Shown: in pieces, positions 34,526-47,287 of the stretch
Layout: each line of letters starts with the position of its first letter
Numbering within the stretch: position 1 is the first letter of the stretch
Assembly (NCBI RefSeq): GCF_032444005.1
Contig: NC_091287.1
Coordinates: 563,409,481 to 563,458,000, forward strand
Length of the DNA: 48,520 nucleotides
From: Ranitomeya imitator
Taxonomy: Eukaryota
Direction of reading: 5' to 3'
Notes under the pieces: model-generated
The model's database searches: none
Told to the model about the DNA's origin: nothing
Seen by the model: the letters and a program-made list of their open reading frames with translations, nothing else
Program-made: the position numbers and the translations under genes

Positions 34526-36364
34526 GCTCTTATAGTGAGGGTGCGGGTGGCTCTTATAGTGAGGGTGTGGGGGGCTCTTATAGTGAGGCTGCGGGCGGCT
34601 CTTATAGTGAGGGTGTGGGGGGCTCTTATTGTGAGGCTGCGGGGGGCTCTTATAGTGAGGGTGTGGGCGGCTCTTATAGTGAGGCTGCGGGCGGCTCTTA
34701 TAGTGAGGGTGTGGGTGGCTCTTATAGTGAGGCTGCGGGCGGCTCTTCTAGTGAGGGTGTGGGTGGCTCTTATAGTGAGGGTGTGGGTGGCTCTTATAGT
34801 GAGGGTGTGGGGGGCTCTTATAGTGAGGGTGTGGGGGGCTCTTATAGTGAGGGTGTGGGGGGGCTCTTATAGTGAAGGTGCGGGTGGCTCTTATAGTGAA
34901 GGTGCGGGCGGCTCTTATAGTGAAGGTGCGGGTGGCTCTTATAGTGAGGGTGCGGGTGGCTCTTATAGTGAGGGTGTGGGTGGCTCTTATAGTGAGGGTG
35001 TGGGGGGCTCTTATAGTGAGGCTGTGGGGGGGCTCTTATAGTGAAGGTGCGGGAGGCTCTTATAGTGAGGGTGTGGGGGGGCTCTTATAGTGAAGGTGTG
35101 GGTGGCTCTTATAGTGAGGGTGTGGGTGGCTCTTATAGTGAGGCTGTGGGGGGGCTCTTATAGTGAGGGTGTGGGTGGCTCTTATAGTGAGGGTGTGGGT
35201 GGCTCTTATAGTGAGGGTGCGGGTGGCTCTTATAGTGAGGCTGTGGGGGGGCTCTTATAGTGAGGGTGTGGGTGGCTCTTATAGTGAGGGTGTGGGCGGC
35301 TCTTATAGTGAGGGTGCGGCTGGCTCTTATAGTGAGGGTGTGGGGGGGCTCTTATAGTGAGGGTGTGGGCGGCTCTTATAGTGAGGGTGTGGGCGGCTCT
35401 TATAGTGAGGGTGTGGGGGGGCTCTTATAGTGAGGGTGTGGGGGGCTCTTATAGTGAGGCTGCGGGCGGCTCTTATAGTGAGGGTGTGGGGGGGCTCTTA
35501 TAGTGAGGGTGTGGGTGGCTCTTATAGTGAGGGTGTGGGGGGGCTCTTATAGTGAGGGTGTAGGGGGCTCTTATAGTGAGGCTGCGGGCGGCTCTTATAG
35601 TGAGGGTGTGGGGGGCTCTTATAGTGAGGCTGTGGGTGGCTCTTATAGTGAGGGTGTGGGCGGCTCTTATAGTGAGGCTGTGGGTGTCTCTTATAGTGAG
35701 GGTGTGGGCGGCTCTTATAGTGAGGGTGCGGGCGGCTCTTATAGTGAGGGTGCGGGCGGCTCTTATAGTGAGGGTGTGGGGGGGCTCTTATAGTGAGGGT
35801 GCGGGGGCTCTTATAGTGAGGGTGCGGGGGGCTCTTATAGTGAGGGTGCGGGGGGCTCTTATAGTGAGGGTGCGGGGGGCTCTTATAGTGAGGGTGCGGG
35901 GGGCTCTTATAGTGAGGGTGCGGGGGGCTCTTATAGTGAGGGTGCGGGGGGCTCTTATAGTGAGTGTGCGGGCGGCTCTTATAGTGAGGGTGCGGGGGGC
36001 TCTTATAGTGAGGGTGCGGGGGCTCTTATAGTGAGGGTGCGGGGGGCTCTTATAGTGAGGGTGCGGGGGGCTCTTATAGTGAGGGTGCGGGGGGGCTCTT
36101 ATAGTGAGGGTGCGGGGGGCTCTTATAGTGAGGGTGCGGGTGGCTCTTATAGTGAGGCTGCGGGGGGCTCTTATAGTGAGGGTGTGGGTGGCTCTTATAG
36201 TGAGGGTGCGGGGGGCTCTTATAGTGAGGGTGCGGGGGGCTCTTATAGTGAGGGTGCGGGGGGCTCTTATAGTGAGGGTGCGGGGGGCTCTTATAGTGAG
36301 GGTGCGGGGGGCTCTTATAGTGAGGGTGCGGGGGGCTCTTATAGTGAGGGTGTGGGTGGCTCTT
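34526..36364 (-). repeat. 24-bp H2B 3'-processing-derived minisatellite (~76 units)
   Basis: Same unit as 4361-5147; terminal AAGAGCTG at 34524-34531. Confidence 0.95.
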
Positions 36365-36373
36365 AGAAGAGCC
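36358..36373 (-). terminator. H2B copy 2 stem-loop
   Basis: CAAA-GGCTCT TCTA AGAGCC-ACCCA. Confidence 0.95.
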
Positions 36374-36397
36374 TTTGGGGTGAGGAGCGGAGCACGG

Positions 36398-36682
36398 NNN
36401 NNNNNNNNNNNNNNNNNNNNNNNNNNNNNNNNNNNNNNNNNNNNNNNNNNNNNNNNNNNNNNNNNNNNNNNNNNNNNNNNNNNNNNNNNNNNNNNNNNNN
36501 NNNNNNNNNNNNNNNNNNNNNNNNNNNNNNNNNNNNNNNNNNNNNNNNNNNNNNNNNNNNNNNNNNNNNNNNNNNNNNNNNNNNNNNNNNNNNNNNNNNN
36601 NNNNNNNNNNNNNNNNNNNNNNNNNNNNNNNNNNNNNNNNNNNNNNNNNNNNNNNNNNNNNNNNNNNNNNNNNNNNNNNNNN
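36398..36682. other. 285-nt N block covering the H2B copy 2 core
   Basis: Same length and flanks (GAGCACGG...CTGCTCTTCC) as 5182-5466. Confidence 0.97.
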
Positions 36683-36782
36683 CTGCTCTTCCTTCGCTTC
36701 TTGCCGTCCTTCTTCTGAGTCTTGGTCACGGCTTTCTGGAGCCCTTCTTGGGCGCAGGCGCAGACTTGGCGGGATCAGGCAT
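36403..36782 (-). pseudogene. H2B: Histone H2B copy 2 with a 1-bp frameshift (pseudogene or sequence error)
   Basis: [15 protein letters not shown], then TCC AGA AAG CCG TGA (one A missing near 36737). Span is 380 nt against 381 expected. Confidence 0.8.
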
Positions 36783-37482
<700 letters not shown>

Positions 37483-37662
37483 GCGCTGCCGCCAATCTCT
37501 ACAAAACCAAAGGCTCTTCTTACACCCACACCCTCCGCACAGGAGTCGGTGCCTCTTCTATGTAGATGTGCAGTGTGCACTGTCTGTAGCCTGCCTGACA
37601 CCACACAGGGCTCTTATCTTCTGGGCTCCATTGTCTTCTGTTCCAAGTTTTTGTAAACTCCT

Positions 37663-37980
37663 CCACCTCCCTAAGGTGGCTAGCATATATGTATCGCTTG
37701 CTCACCGAGCCCCACTCCATACAGCCAACCAATTCCAGCCCTGTGCTGATGAGGGCCTAAAGCCCGAAACACGTGTCCACAGGTAGGAATTGGTTGGCTG
37801 TGTAAATTTAGAAAACTATTCCGCAGCATTGCACGCTTGGCGGTTCCAAGCGCTGTGGATTAGACAGGGGTGGAAAGAGATGATTTGCATAGCTCCGCCT
37901 ACTGCAAAGGATTCTGGGTAAACCTGCTATTCTTTGTATTATGCTGCTTGCAAGTACTTTCCGTTTCAGGAAAGCATCCA
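37663..37980 (+). mobile_element. ~310-bp hammerhead-bearing insertion (Penelope-like LTR or retrozyme-type monomer)
   Basis: Absent from the paralogous H2A copy 1 flank (~1085-1125); contains the hammerhead; possible TCCAC direct repeats at 37662-37666 and 37977-37981. Confidence 0.55.
37721..37801 (+). ncRNA. Type I hammerhead ribozyme
   Basis: Stem I CCTGTG/CACAGG, core CTGATGA 37746-37752, stem II GGGC-CTAAA-GCCC, GAAA 37766-37769, palindromic stem III ACACGTGT, GTC cleavage triplet ending at 37777, and a 16-bp perfect distal helix 37721-37736/37786-37801. Confidence 0.93.
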
Positions 37981-38070
37981 CTATGTAAAGGGGGCTGCAA
38001 TTTGCAAATGATGGAGTGTGGGCTGCATAAGACGAGGGAGGGGAGGTAGATTGCACAATGAACAAAAGGT

Positions 38071-38580
38071 GACTGCACATGATGAAGTGGGGGGAGAATG
38101 GGGGGCTGCACATGATGAAGTGGGGGGGAGAATGGGGGACTGCACATGATGAAGTGAGGGGAGAATGGGGGACTGCACATGATGAAGTGGGGGGAGAATG
38201 GGGGGCTGCACATGATGAAGTGGGGGGGAGAATGGGGGACTGCACATGATGAAGTGGGGGGAGAATGGGGGACTGCACATGATGAAGTGGGGGGAGAATG
38301 GGGGGCTGCACATGATGAAGTGGGGGGAGAATGGGGGACTGCACATGATGAAGTGGGGGGAGAATGGGGGGCTGCACATGATGAAGTGGGGGGAGAATGG
38401 GGGACTGCACATGATGAAGTGGGGGGAGAATGGGGGACTGCACATGATGAAGTGGGGGGAGAATGGGGGGCTGCACATGATGAAGTGGGGGGAGAATGGG
38501 GGGCTGCACATGATGAAGTGGGGGGAGAATGGGGGACTGCACATGATGAAGTGGGGGGAGAATGGGGGACTGCACATGAT
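38071..38580. repeat. 33-bp G-rich minisatellite (~15 units)
   Basis: Unit GCACATGATGAAGTGGGGGGAGAATGGGGG(A/G)CT. Confidence 0.95.
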
Positions 38581-38712
38581 TCCCCAAAACACATACTGAT
38601 AGGGATTCTAGATTGTGAGCCCCATCGGGGACAGTGATGATAATGTGTGCAAAACTGTAAAGCGCTGCGGAATATGTTAGCGCTATATAAAGATAAAGAT
38701 TATTATTATGAT
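38581..38712 (+). mobile_element. 3'-terminal fragment of an L2-type LINE or its partner SINE
   Basis: CTAGATTGTGAGCCCC...TGTAAAGCGCTGCGGAATATGTTAGCGCTATATAAA followed by an (ATT)n tail, recognised by eye as an L2-like 3' end. Confidence 0.65.
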
Positions 38713-39232
38713 GATGATGATGAAGTGGGGGGGGAGAGCAGTTGATGATAATGTGGGAGAGAGAAAACCTGACAATGAATTTGGGAGGAAGGAGCATGTA
38801 AATAAAATGGGGGAGAGGGGGGCACATAGTGGGGGCGTTGAGATGCATTGACTGTCAATCAATTGGGGGAATGAGTACAGGGGCTAATTAATGTGTGTAT
38901 GTATTAGGTGGGGCAAATTGCTATGTAGTATTTATAGTTGGCGCAGTGGTGGATTATGATTTATATTTGGAATGGTGGATTGCGTCCTGCAATGTATGGG
39001 TACAGCATATACAGCACTATATGGGGGCATACAGAAATGTTACGGCATACTGTATAGGGTTATATAGCATCTACAGCACTGTATGGAGTGTGGTGGAGGA
39101 GCAATAAAGGCAGTGAGCGGAAATATCACATTCTGTAGTCAGCCAATAATTAAGCTTCAAGTCTACGGCTCCGCCCACAGGAGGCGCCACTGTTAACCAT
39201 TTGGAGTCTGCTATTTCCATAATCAGTGATTT

Positions 39233-39273
39233 CCTGAGAGGGAACTGCAGATTGATGACGCAGTTCTGGGGCG
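39233..39273 (-). promoter_or_regulatory. Second, shorter copy of the orphan H4-promoter relic
   Basis: Reverse complement matches 453-493, then lacks ~110 bp that are present in the left copy. Confidence 0.55.
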
Positions 39274-39783
39274 TGTATGTTACAGGAGCGCACGTTTATC
39301 TGCTCTCTGATTGGCCGGTCACTGAGGTTAGTGACTTTGAATTTTCCGCTCATTGTAAGATTTCTGTTATTTTTAGATGTTACAATATTGTTGGAAAACA
39401 AAAAGAAAATCATTCAGGATCAGCAGCAACTGCTCAGAAACAGGACTCATCCCCAGCAGTAACTGCTCCACTATACATCACTATATGGGGGTGTCGGGAC
39501 ACACGGCAGAATATGGGGATACACAGCACTATATCAGGGTATAGAGGTAGAGGTGTATCTAGCCTTTCCTGCACCCGGGGCAAAGGATCAGTTCGGCGCC
39601 CCAAACCCCCCCTCCCCCTTCCCTCCCCCTCCCCCTCAAACCTCTCCCTCCACCTCCCCCATTTGAACATTAACTGTAGCTCTGCTACATCTGACATATC
39701 AGGACTACAAGAGCTGCTACATGTGAATGACAGGTTCAGGTTTGCTACATTTCACAAACTTAGATAGGTGGCACTTAACAAAC

Positions 39784-41422
39784 TCAGCTCTACAATATCA
39801 GACAATCTCAGCTCTGCTACATCAGATCATCACATCTCTTCTGCATCAGACCATCTCAGCTCTGCTGCATCAGACTATCTCAGCTCTGCTGCATCAGACC
39901 ATCACAGCTCTACTTCATCAGACCATCTCAGCTCTGCTACATCAGACCATCTCAGCTCTGCTACATCAGACCATCTCAGCTCTGCTACATCAGACCATCT
40001 CAGCTCTGCTGCATCAGACCATCACAGCTCTACTTCATCAGACAATCACAGCTCTGCTTCATCAGACCATCTCAGCTCTGCTACATCAGACCATCTCAGC
40101 TCTGCTACATCAGACCGTCTCAGCTCTGCTACATCAGACCGTCTCAGCTCTGCTACATCAGACCGTCTCAGCTCTGCTACATCAGACCATCTCAGCTCTG
40201 CTACATCAGACCGTCACAGCTCTGCTACATCAGACCGTCACAGCTCTGCTACATCAGACCATCTCAGCTCTGCTGCATCAGACCATCACAGCTCTACTTC
40301 ATCAGACCATCTCAGCTCTGCTACATCAGACCATCTCAGCTCTGCTACATCAGACCATCTCAGCTCTGCTGCATCAGACCATCACAGCTCTACTTCATCA
40401 GACAATCACAGCTCTGCTTCATCAGACCATCTCAGCTCTGCTGCATCAGACCATCACAGCTCTACTTCATCAGACCATCTCAGCTCTGCTACATCAGACC
40501 ATCTCAGCTCTGCTGCATCAGACCATCACAGCTCTGCTACATCAGACCATCTCAGCTCTGCTGCATCAGACCATCTCAGCTCTGCTGCATCAGACCATCA
40601 CAGCTCTACTTCATCAGACCATCTCAGCTCTGCTACATCAGACCATCTCAGCTCTGCTACATCAGACCATCTCAGCTCTGCTGCATCAGACCATCACAGC
40701 TCTACTTCATCAGACAATCACAGCTCTGCTTCATCAGACCATCTCAGCTCTGCTACATCAGACCATCTCAGCTCTGCTACATCAGACCATCTCAGCTCTG
40801 CTACATCAGACCATCTCAGCTCTGCTACATCAGACCATCACAGCTCTGCTACATCAGACCATCACAGCTCTGCTTCATCAGACAATCTCAGCTCTGCTTC
40901 ATCAGACCATTTCAGCTCTGATGCAGCATAGCTGAGATGGTCTGATGAAGCAGAGCGGCGATGGTGTGATGCAGCAGAGCTGAGATGGTCTGATGTAGCA
41001 GAGTTGTGATGGTCTGATGAAGAAGAGCTGTGATGGTCTGATGTAGCACAGCTGTGATGGTCTGATGTAGCAGAGCTGTGATGGTCTGATGTAGCAGAGC
41101 TGTGATGGTCTGATGTAGCAGAGCTGTGATGGTCTGATGTAGCAGAGCTGTGATGGTCTGCATCAGACCATCTCAGCTCTGCTTCATCAAAACATAACAG
41201 CTCTGCTGCATCAGAACATAACAGCTCTCTGCATCACACCATCTCAGCCCTGCTGCATCAATCAATCTTGGCTCTGCTACCTCACACAATCTCAGCCCTG
41301 CTGCATCAATCTTGGCTCTGCTACCTCACACAATCTCAGCCCGGCTACCTCACACAATCTCAGCACGGCTGCCTCACACAATCTCAGCCCGGCTACCTCA
41401 CACAATCTCAGCACGGCTGCCT
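39784..41422. repeat. 24-bp minisatellite with an internal inverted block at 40920-41160
   Basis: Unit CAGACCATCTCAGCTCTGCTACAT: ~47 forward units, ~10 reverse units, then degenerate forward units. Confidence 0.95.
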
Positions 41423-42436
41423 GTGAAAATTCAAACACACCAACACAGTTCTGCTGTGCAGTGTATATTACAGTGTCTCTTGGGATGTGGGCTGTAGTTG
41501 CCTATGACAATCGGGGAACTTGGAGTCACCCGGTGGTCCCCGCGGCCGCGGTCTGGAGTAGTGGAGCACGACGCACCTGTCCTGACCCTGACCTGACCTA
41601 CCACCGTCCAACCACGCAACAACAGCACCTACACTGAGTGACTACTGACTAAACACACAGGACACCCGCGGCCGCCAGCGAACCTAGTCATCGGCGCAAC
41701 GACGAACGATGCAGCAGCAGCAGCCTGTCACGCGCTCCATGACGTCAGCAGCTGCTGGCGCTTCCCTGATGCGCAAGTGCCAGCGGCGGTCAGAGCGCCT
41801 CTCAGCGGTTGTCAGGGTCCGGCCCAGGGCGCAGGCTTTAAACAGAGAAGGAAGGGACTCCTCTTGTCTCACAAGGCAAGAAAGCGAACCGCAACCGCCG
41901 GGTAGTAGCGCAGCAGCACGGGACTATTATCTCACTAGTCTGTGGGGCCGGCAGAAGCCGCCGACGAGGAGCCTGGCTTTTGACAGCTGCAATGCCTCAT
42001 CCTCCCCCCGGATACGCCACTGTATAGAGGATCCGGCACGGGGAGCTGCAGAGGAGGATGCGGGAATCACTGCAGTCACTGCGCCGCCAATTGTAACGGG
42101 AAACCCCCGAGATCCGATATAAAACGTCACTTCCCCCAGAGACTAGCCCGGTGTGTGAGGAGCGGAATGCGCGGGGCGGTCACCGTGTAACTGCTCATTG
42201 TGGCCCCCGGATCTCCGCAGATAAACTCCGATGTAGGATTTTGTTTTTCCCTTTGGAGCAAATGTCGCTGCTGAAATGTGACAGATCTTATTCTGCATCT
42301 GATCTTTCCTGTCTGTGCGGAGAATCTGCCCCTTGTGCTCCGACCTCGGCTCCTTCCTAATAATCTCCCGACCTCCACATCCTGCAGTGGGAGCGCGGAG
42401 TATAGCGCGAGGGGCGTGGAAGTGGCTGATACCTCG

Positions 42437-45400
42437 ATATAGCGCTGTATATCCACCACACTCCATACAGTGCGAAATACCCCCATATACCGCTGAATAT
42501 CCACCACACTCCATACAGTGCGGAATACCCCCATATACCGCGGAATATCCACCACACTCCATACAGTGCGGAATACCCCCATATACCGCGGAATATCCAC
42601 CACACTCCATACAGTGCGAAATACCCCCATATACCGCTGTATATCCACCACACTCCGTACAGTGCGAAATACCCCCATATACCGCTGTATATCCACCACA
42701 CTCCATACAGTGCGAAATACCCCCATATACCGCTGTATATCCACCACACTCCATACAGTGCGAAATACCCCCATATACCGCTGTATATCCACCACACTCC
42801 ATACAGTGCGAAATACCCCCATATACCGCTGTATATCCACCACACTCCATACAGTGCGAAATACCCCCATATACCGCTGAATATCCACCACACTCCATAC
42901 AGTGCGGAATACCCCCATATACCGCTGTATATCCACCACACTCCATACAGTGCGAAATACCCCCATATACCGCTGTATATCCACCACACTCCATACAGTG
43001 CGAAATACCCCCATATACCGCTGAATATCCACCACACTCCATACAGTGCGAAATACCCCCATATACCGCTGTATATCCACCACACTCCATACAGTGCGGA
43101 ATACCCCCATATACCGCTGTATATCCACCACACTCCGTACAGTGCGAAATACCCCCATATACCGCTGTATATCCACCACACTCCATACAGTGCGAAATAC
43201 CCCCATATACCGCTGTATATCCACCACACTCCATACAGTGCGAAATACCCCCATATACCGCGGAATATCCACCACACTCCATACAGTGCGGAATACCCCC
43301 ATATACCGCTGTATATCCACCACACTCCATACAGTGCGAAATACCCCCATATACCGCTGAATATCCACCACACTCCATACAGTGCGAAATACCCCCATAT
43401 ACCGCTGTATATCCACCACACTCCATACAGTGCGAAATACCCCCATATACCGCTGAATATCCACCACACTCCATACAGTGCGAAATACCCCCATATACCG
43501 CTGAATATCCACCACACTCCATACAGTGCGAAATACCCCCATATACCGCTGAATATCCACCACACTCCATACAGTGCGAAATACCCCCATATACCGCTGA
43601 ATATCCACCACACTCCATACAGTGCGAAATACCCCCATATACCGCGGAATATCCACCACACTCCATACAGTGCGAAATACCCCCATATACCGCTGTATAT
43701 CCACCACACTCCGTACAGTGCGAAATACCCCCATATACCGCTGTATATCCACCACACTCCATACAGTGCGAAATACCCCCATATAGCGCTGTATATCCAC
43801 CACACTCCATACAGTGCGAAATACCCCCATATACCGCTGTATATCCACCACACTCCATACAGTGCGAAATACCCCCATATAGCGCTGTATATCCACCACA
43901 CTCCATACAGTGCGAAATACCCCCATATAGCGCTGTATATCCACCACACTCCATACAGTGCGAAATACCCCCATATACCGCTGAATATCCACCACACTCC
44001 ATACAGTGCGAAATACCCCCATATACCGCTGTATATCCACCACTCTCCATACAGTGCAAAATACCCCTATATACCGCTGTATATCCACCACACTCCATAC
44101 AGTGCGAAATACCCCCATATACCGCTGAATATCCACCACACTCCATACAGTGCGAAATACCCCCATATACCGCTGAATATCCACCACACTCCATACAGTG
44201 CGAAATACCCCCATATACCGCTGAATATCCACCACACTCCATACAGTGCGAAATACCCCCATATACCGCTGTATATCCACCACACTCCATACAGTGCGAA
44301 ATACCCCATATACCGCTGTATATCCACCACACTCCATACAGTGCGAAATACCCCCATATACCGCTGAATATCCACCACACTCCATACAGTGCGAAATACC
44401 CCCATATACCGCTGTATATCCACCACACTCCATACAGTGCGAAATACCCCATATACCGCTGTATATCCACCACACTCCATACAGTGCGAAATACCCCCAT
44501 ATACCGCTGTATATCCACCACACTCCATACAGTGCGAAATACCCCATATACCGCTGTATATCCACCACACTCCATACAGTGCGAAATACCCCCATATACC
44601 GCTGTATATCCACCACACTCCATACAGTGCGAAATACCCCCATATACCGCTGAATATCCACCACACTCCATACAGTGCGAAATACCCCCATATACCGCTG
44701 TATATCCACCACACTCCATACAGTGCGAAATACCCCCATATACCGCTGTATATCCACCACACTCCATACAGTGCGAAATACCCCCATATACCGCTGTATA
44801 TCCACCACACTCCATACAGTGCGAAATACCCCCATATACCGCTGTATATCCACCACTCTCCATACAGTGCGAAATACCCCCATATACCGCTGTATATCCA
44901 CCACACTCCATACAGTGCGAAATACCCCCATATACCGCTGAATATCCACCACACTCCATACAGTGCGAAATACCCCCATATACCGCTGTATATCCACCAC
45001 ACTCCATACAGTGCGAAATACCCCCATATACCGCTGTATATCCACCACACTCCATACAGTGCGGAATACCCCCATATACCGCTGTATATCCACCACACTC
45101 CATACAGTGCGAAATACCCCCATATACCGCTGTATATCCACCACACTCCATACAGTGCGAAATACCCCCATATACCGCTGTATATCCACCACACTCCATA
45201 CAGTGCGAAATACCCCCATATACCGCTGAATATCCACCACACTCCATACAGTGCGAAATACCCCCATATACCGCTGAATATCCACCACACTCCATACAGT
45301 GCGAAATACCCCCATATACCGCTGTATATCCACCACACTCCATACAGTGCGAAATACCCCCATATACCGCTGTATAGCCACCACACTCCATACAGTGCGA

Positions 45401-47287
45401 AATACCCCCATATACCGCTGTATATCCACCACACTCCATACAGTGCGAAATACCCCCATATACCGCTGTATATCCACCACACTCCATACAGTGCGAAATA
45501 CCCCCATATACCGCTGTATATCCACCACACTCCATACAGTGCGAAATACCCCCATATACCGCTGTATATCCACCACACTCCATACAGTGCGAAATAACCC
45601 CATATACCGCTGTATATCCACCACACTCCATACAGTGCGAAATACCCCCATATACCGCTGTATATCCACCACACTCCATACAGTGCGAAATACCCCCATA
45701 TACCGCTGAATATCCACCACACTCCATACAGTGCGAAATACCCCCATATACCGCTGTATATCCACCACACTCCATACAGTGCGAAATACCCCCATATACC
45801 GCTGTATATCCACCACACTCCATACAGTGCGAAATACCCCCATATACCGCTGAATATCCACCACACTCCATACAGTGCGAAATACCCCCATATACCGCTG
45901 TATATCCACCACACTCCATACAGTGCGAAATACCCCCATATACCGCTGTATATCCACCACACTCCGTACAGTGCGAAATACCCCCATATACCGCTGAATA
46001 TCCACCACACTCCATACAGTGCGAAATACCCCCATATACCGCTGAATATCCACCACACTCCATACAGTGCGAAATACCCCCATATACCGCTGTATATCCA
46101 CCACACTCCATACAGTGCGAAATACCCCCATATACCGCTGAATATCCACCACACTCCATACAGTGCGAAATACCCCCATATACCGCTGAATATCCACCAC
46201 ACTCCATACAGTGCGAAATACCCCCATATACCGCTGTATATCCACCACACTCCATACAGTGCGAAATACCCCCATATACCGCTGTATATCCACCACACTC
46301 CATACAGTGCGAAATACCCCCATATACCGCTGTATATCCACCACACTCCATACAGTGCGAAATACCCCCATATACCGCTGTATATCCACCACACTCCATA
46401 CAGTGCGAAATACCCCCATATACCGCTGTATATCCACCACACTCCATACAGTGCGAAATACCCCCATATACCGCTGAATATCCACCACACTCCATACAGT
46501 GCGAAATACCCCCATATACCGCTGAATATCCACCACACTCCATACAGTGCGAAATACCCCCATATACCGCTGTATATCCACCACACTCCATACAGTGCGA
46601 AATACCCCCATATACCGCTGAATATCCACCACACTCCATACAGTGCGAAATACCCCCATATACCGCTGTATATCCACCACACTCCATACAGTGCGAAATA
46701 CCCCCATATACCGCTGTATATCCACCACACTCCATACAGTGCGAAATACCCCCATATACCGCTGAATATCCACCACACTCCATACAGTGCGAAATACCCC
46801 CATATACCGCTGTATATCCACCACACTCCATACAGTGCGAAATACCCCCATATACCGCTGTATATCCACCACACTCCGTACAGTGCGAAATACCCCCATA
46901 TACCGCTGAATATCCACCACACTCCGTACAGTGCGAAATACCCCCATATACCGCTGTATATCCACCACACTCCATACAGTGCGAAATACCCCCATATACC
47001 GCTGAATATCCACCACACTCCATACAGTGCGAATACCCCCATATACCGCTGAATATCCACCACACTCCATACAGTGCGAAATACCCCCATATACCGCTGT
47101 ATATCCACCACACTCCATACAGTGCGAAATACCCCCATATACCGCTGTATATCCACCACACTCCATACAGTGCGAAATACCCCCATATACCGCTGTATAT
47201 CCACCACACTCCATACAGTGCGAAATACCCCCATATACCGCTGAATATCCACCACACTCCATACAGTGCGAAATACCCCCATATACC
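42437..47287. repeat. 48-bp satellite (~100 units)
   Basis: Unit TATCCACCACACTCCATACAGTGCGAAATACCCCCATATACCGCTGTA. Confidence 0.98.

Noticed and set aside
38800-39110. AATAAA sites as a poly(A) signal for H2A copy 2
   Set aside because: They lie more than 1.3 kb downstream, beyond the ribozyme and repeats, with no supporting evidence.
39548-39605. Possible Harbinger-like MITE terminus (GAGGTGTATCTAGCC...CACCCGGGGCAA)
   Set aside because: No matching inverted end was found in the window.
39727-40935. Ser/His-rich 387-402 aa ORFs; also the ORFs at 11401-12927 and 37808-38848
   Set aside because: Minisatellite translations.
39784-41160. AGAGCTG(T) in the 24-bp satellite resembles an HDE and the H1 array unit
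   Set aside because: Only 7-8 nt match and there is no adjacent stem-loop or histone gene; chance is likely.
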